Below, piece by piece: positions 59,758 to 64,000 of a stretch of 64,000 bases of DNA. The stretch is taken from NCBI GenBank assembly GCA_963514005.1, contig OY740790.1, forward strand, positions 12,338,001 to 12,402,000, in the 5' to 3' direction. The first letter of the stretch is position 1. Each line of letters starts with the position of its first letter. This DNA is from Raja brachyura (lineage: Eukaryota). The position numbers and the translations under genes are program-made. Below the pieces are notes generated by a model, which was given only the letters and a program-made list of their open reading frames with translations, was not told where the DNA came from and made no database searches.

Positions 59758-61726
59758 CTGTCAGGAAGAAAAATGTCACATTAAGAAATAGTACTTTAGC
59801 AATAAGGATATCAGAGAATTCACAACATGTTTAAGGTTAAACAGGTTTAAGGTTTGGACCATTTGCCTGACCAGTTTGTCATTTTGTTTGTTTTCAACCC
59901 TGCCCGCTCACCACGTCTGCTCCCATATCAATTATTTCTCCAGGACTGTTAATTATTGCCCATCAGAATGTATAACTGGTCAGTTTAATGGCGTTATATA
60001 GTGACCAACTCCAATGTTTTTGAGTGAAAAATCTTTGCAGAGAACTGCTGCCTGTATGCTTTGCTATCAACTCTGATTTAGTCTTCCTACCATAGAGAAC
60101 AATTTGAATAAACTAACTAAAATCATAGATAGACACAAAATGCTGGAGTAACTCAGTGGGACAGGCAGCATCTCTGGAGAGAAGGAATCCACATGAATAA
60201 TTATAATCATAGTTATATTAATAAAATAACAACATTTAAAAGGCATTTGGACATGTCTATGGATATGAAAGGTCCAGAGGGATACATCAAAATTCAGGCA
60301 GGTGGGACTAGTGTAGATGGGGCATCTTGGTTGGCATGGGAAAGTTGGGCCAAAGGGCCTGTTTCAATGCTGTATCATTATATAATCTAGAAAAGGTGTT
60401 AATTGTGTGTCTTGAAAATATTTATGAAACAAACATAAAAATGTGAGCAAGGTGACCTAACCCCTCAAGGCTGCCCTGCTATTTGATTCTGGCTGGTCTA
60501 ACCCCGACCACAAATTCTCCTCTGTGTTAGACGCCTCAAACTTCCGAGCATTCAAAAATGTATATATCTTCACTTTAAATAACTCTACTAAACTAGCCTC
60601 CACAATTCCTAGAGCAGAGAATTTCCAAATTCACTGCCTTCTGCAAGAAGACATTTATGTACACCTTGTGCCATTTAAGAGACTTTTGCGTGGGCCTATG
60701 GATAGACAGGGGAATAGAGGGATATGGATTATGTGCAGGCAGATAAGAGTTCGGCTTGACATGTTAGGCACAGGCATTGTGGGCCAAAGGGCCTGTTCTT
60801 GTGCTGTACTGTTATATGTTCTTAGTTTTAAATGACCGGTTTCTGAAACTAGGTCACCTCTTTTGAGACTCGCACACTGGTGAAAACATCTTGACATCTA
60901 ACCTGTCACATTCCCTTTAAGGTCTTATGTTTCAATAAGATGATCCCTCATTCTTCAAAATCCTAAGAACACAGACCTATCTTGTTTCAACCTTTGCTTA
61001 TATTACAATCCTCTCATACCAGGAATTAGCCTGATGAATAATGTTTGCACTACTTCCAATGCTACTATATCCTTTCTTATGTAAACAGACTAAAACTGTG
61101 GGCCTCAACAACACCTTATACAATTGTAACAAAATTTCACTATTTCTAAGCTCCAACTTTTTGCAAAAAAATATTACATTTGATCTCTTTACTATTTGTA
61201 TTCACTTGCTAACCTTTTGTTATTCATGCACAAATAATCAAGATTCCCGTTACTTCTTTGTTAAAAGAAATCTGCCTTTTCATGAATCTTACCAAAGTGC
61301 ATATCCTCACATTTTCCATATTAAACTCTGCCAATTTTTTGCCCCATCACCACCAAATCAGATACTGTGACTCTGCACAATATCTATCTGTCACGTTATC
61401 TGCATGACAACTTGCCCTTCCACATATACCAAGGTGGAAACAAAACGATTCCACAATCTAGACCACTAAAAGCAAGTATAAACTGTGACGGCATATACAA
61501 AACAGACCTTTTAAAAAGAAAAAAGAACTAAACAGTGTATAATATCAGCTGGATACAAGGGGCTGGATGTTTTGCATTGCTATAATTTCTCCATTGAGGG
61601 TAAATGTGGTTACAAGGGCACTTGCTGTGACAAATTTGGTCTCAAACAGTTTTGGAGAAAGTCACTATTGAAAATTGAAAAGAATAAGCCAGATACGACC
61701 AAGATTAACATTTCATTAAATTTTAC

Positions 61727-62156
61727 CTTTCGTTTCCAATTCGGGAAATGGCTCCAGTCGATTCCGCATTCTATTCACCGTCTGCTCCTTAAAAATAACT
61801 GGAATGGGATGTGGCCCCAGTGAATCCCATAGATCTTTTGGAGGTTTTATTCCAACACTATTCCAGACTACTATGATTTTGTGCAGACTTGGAATGGCCT
61901 GATAATGATTCAGTAGTTTAAGAAGTAGGTCTGTCCTATTGTAGGACTGCATGATAATGGTGAAGGAATTATGAATATCCATTTTCTGGTCATCCTGCTC
62001 TCTACGGACCACTGTCGCTCCACTTTCGACAACTTTAGGCAGTAACGTGGTCAAGACAGCTCCCACAATGAGGACAATTAGAACGGCCATCACTAAATAC
62101 GAGGGAAGAGTCCCACTACCAAACAATCGTCTTGTAAATCTGTGAATGGCAAACAT
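61727..62156 (-). CDS. EXTL2: EXTL2 N-terminal coding exon (TM anchor + start of GT64)
   Basis: TM segment then FTIIMQSYNRTDLLLKLLNHYQA...VWN...NRMRNRL. Donor after 61727. The start is either ATG 62156 or a phase-2 acceptor at 62140 joined to an upstream ATG-AG exon. Confidence 0.93.
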
Positions 62157-62268
62157 AGTTTTTGAGTAAAATATTGAAAATCATGCTCATTCATTTAAGC
62201 TCTCTTCCAGATCCCATATGACCCATCTATTGCAGTTGAGACAAATTTCCTAGAGTTCTATTAACAGG

Positions 62269-62486
62269 TGTGGCAGGGACTAGCAGGAGTCCAGTCAAAA
62301 AACTAGTCGGACACAAGTGTGTGCTCTGGACGTGTTTATTCCTACTCCTCAGCTAACACACGCGTTGCCCGGCCATAAATAACAACTCAGATAACGACTC
62401 CGTGGCTCGCGACTCCCCCACCAAGATGCCGCCCTCTAGAGCCTATGGTTCGTCATGACCGTGGGATGCTATCAGGTGCCGCCACA
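62269..62486. mobile_element. Short solo LTR
   Basis: TGTGGC...GCCACA termini; 4-bp TSD CAGG. Confidence 0.8.
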
Positions 62487-62969
62487 CAGGACTAATTAAT
62501 AAAATACTTTTTTTTTAAATGTTTTTTAGCCAAATAACTTTTTTGTAACATCTGACCCGGATTTAGGCACCTTCAATAAAGTGTGTTAAGAACAAATAAT
62601 TACAAATTTACATTCCTTTGTGACTGTATGTACAACCAGGATATCCTACTTTTGGACGTCAGAGTACTCATATAATTCTTAGATATTTAAACAATTATAT
62701 TTTCACACCTTTTATTACAAACAGCAAGTAAGAAATCTTTATTGTCTTATCAGGCCAATAATTCTATCTAATCTCCTTTAGCACTTGTAGTCTCAGTAAG
62801 AGTAGTAATATTTTCTACTTAAGGGGTGGCGCAGTGGTGGTAGAAGAGTGGGGATATGATAGGCAGATCAAGACCATTATTTTCTCGCCCTCTTTATTTG
62901 TACTGGTCAACTCATTTTTATGATACATTCCATATTATTTCTGGGAAGTTATTGTGCCTTTTAACATGG

Positions 62970-63490
62970 ACGATCCTCCTAAATTTCTACAGGTGCACGG
63001 TAGAGAGCATTCTGACTGGTTGCATCGTGGCCTGGTTCGGCAACTTGAACGTCCAGGAGCAAAAAAAGACTACAAAAACTTGTTACCACTGCCCAGTTCA
63101 TCACCGGCTTAAACCTCCCCACCGCCAAAGGGATCGATTATAGTCGCTGCCACAAAAAGGCAGCCAAAATCATCAAGGTCCCACACCATCCTGGCCACAC
63201 ACTCATCTCACCATTGTCATCAGGAAGATGGTACAGGAGCCTGAAAACTGTAACACTCAGGTTCAGGAACAGCCTCTTCCCCACAGCAATCAGGCTATTA
63301 AACACAACGAATAAGCTCTGAGCTCTGAACTGCAAAAGACTATATTATTATTTGTCATTTGCACTATATTTGTTATTTATTGAACTTTTTCTTTTTTCCC
63401 CCCGTTATGCACAATGTTTATATATTCACATATTCTGTTGTGCTGCAGCAAGTAAGAATTTCATTGTCCCATCCGGGACATATGACAATC
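62970..63490 (+). mobile_element. Rex1/Babar-like LINE 3' fragment
   Basis: FYRCTVESILT.CI..WFG, HP.H and SLFP.AIR-like remnants. Confidence 0.72.
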
Positions 63491-64000
63491 TTGACTCCTG
63501 GAAGCAAGCAGTTTGGTGTGTTTATCTTTTTCTATTAACACCTGTTTATTGAAACAAATATCACTGGCAAGTAGCAGGATGGCTGACATGTACTTTTAGT
63601 CAATTGCAGTAATTCTAAAAGTACTTCTACCTGTCAGTTGCCATTGAAATGTCAAAATGGCTCAGTTTTATACTAACCATATATTTTATAAATCAGCATT
63701 TTTACTCATCCAACCTCTGGAAAAGGGCCCCAGCCTTGACATGTTAACCATTTATTTCCATAAAAAGCTCCAGGACTGCTGAATGCTCTCAGCATTTTGT
63801 GCTTTTATTTCAGATTCCCAGCAACGTTTACTCATTTACTCCACGCAAGAGGCACTGGGGTGAATTATAGCCTTCAACCCAAGTTCAGGTATCCCAAGAA
63901 TGTAATGTGCTGTGACCTCGCTTTCAAAAAGCCCCAGTACTGCGAGAACTATACCCGAGTTTCCACTGCAGTTTTTTTTAAATAAGAAACCACGTTCCCA

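Overview
Eukaryotic, repeat-rich vertebrate DNA. The CR1/HER1-type LINEs and HE1-like V-SINEs point to a cartilaginous fish (inference). There are two host genes in the convergent arrangement known from human 1p21. A complete VCAM1-like gene (+, 14050-17639, 6 coding exons, ~446 aa) has four Ig domains, a decayed fifth Ig pseudo-exon and a kB/TATA promoter. EXTL2 (-) shows three coding exons at 55402-62156. Between them lies a near-intact 5.3-kb DIRS-type tyrosine-recombinase retrotransposon (21443-26739) with ITRs and an ICR identical to its termini. It carries one splice donor, an acceptor before each of three Kozak ATGs, and in-frame -1 slippery heptamers at both ORF junctions. The window also holds several non-autonomous Helitron-like elements with minisatellites, and an LTR element with an env-like remnant caught in a ~2.1-kb-arm inverted duplication. 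A ~2-kb duplicate of the VCAM1 upstream region, solo LTRs, Tc1/hAT/Harbinger MITEs and CR1, L1, RTE, Rex/Babar and Penelope fragments make up the rest. All calls were read by eye; no searches were run.
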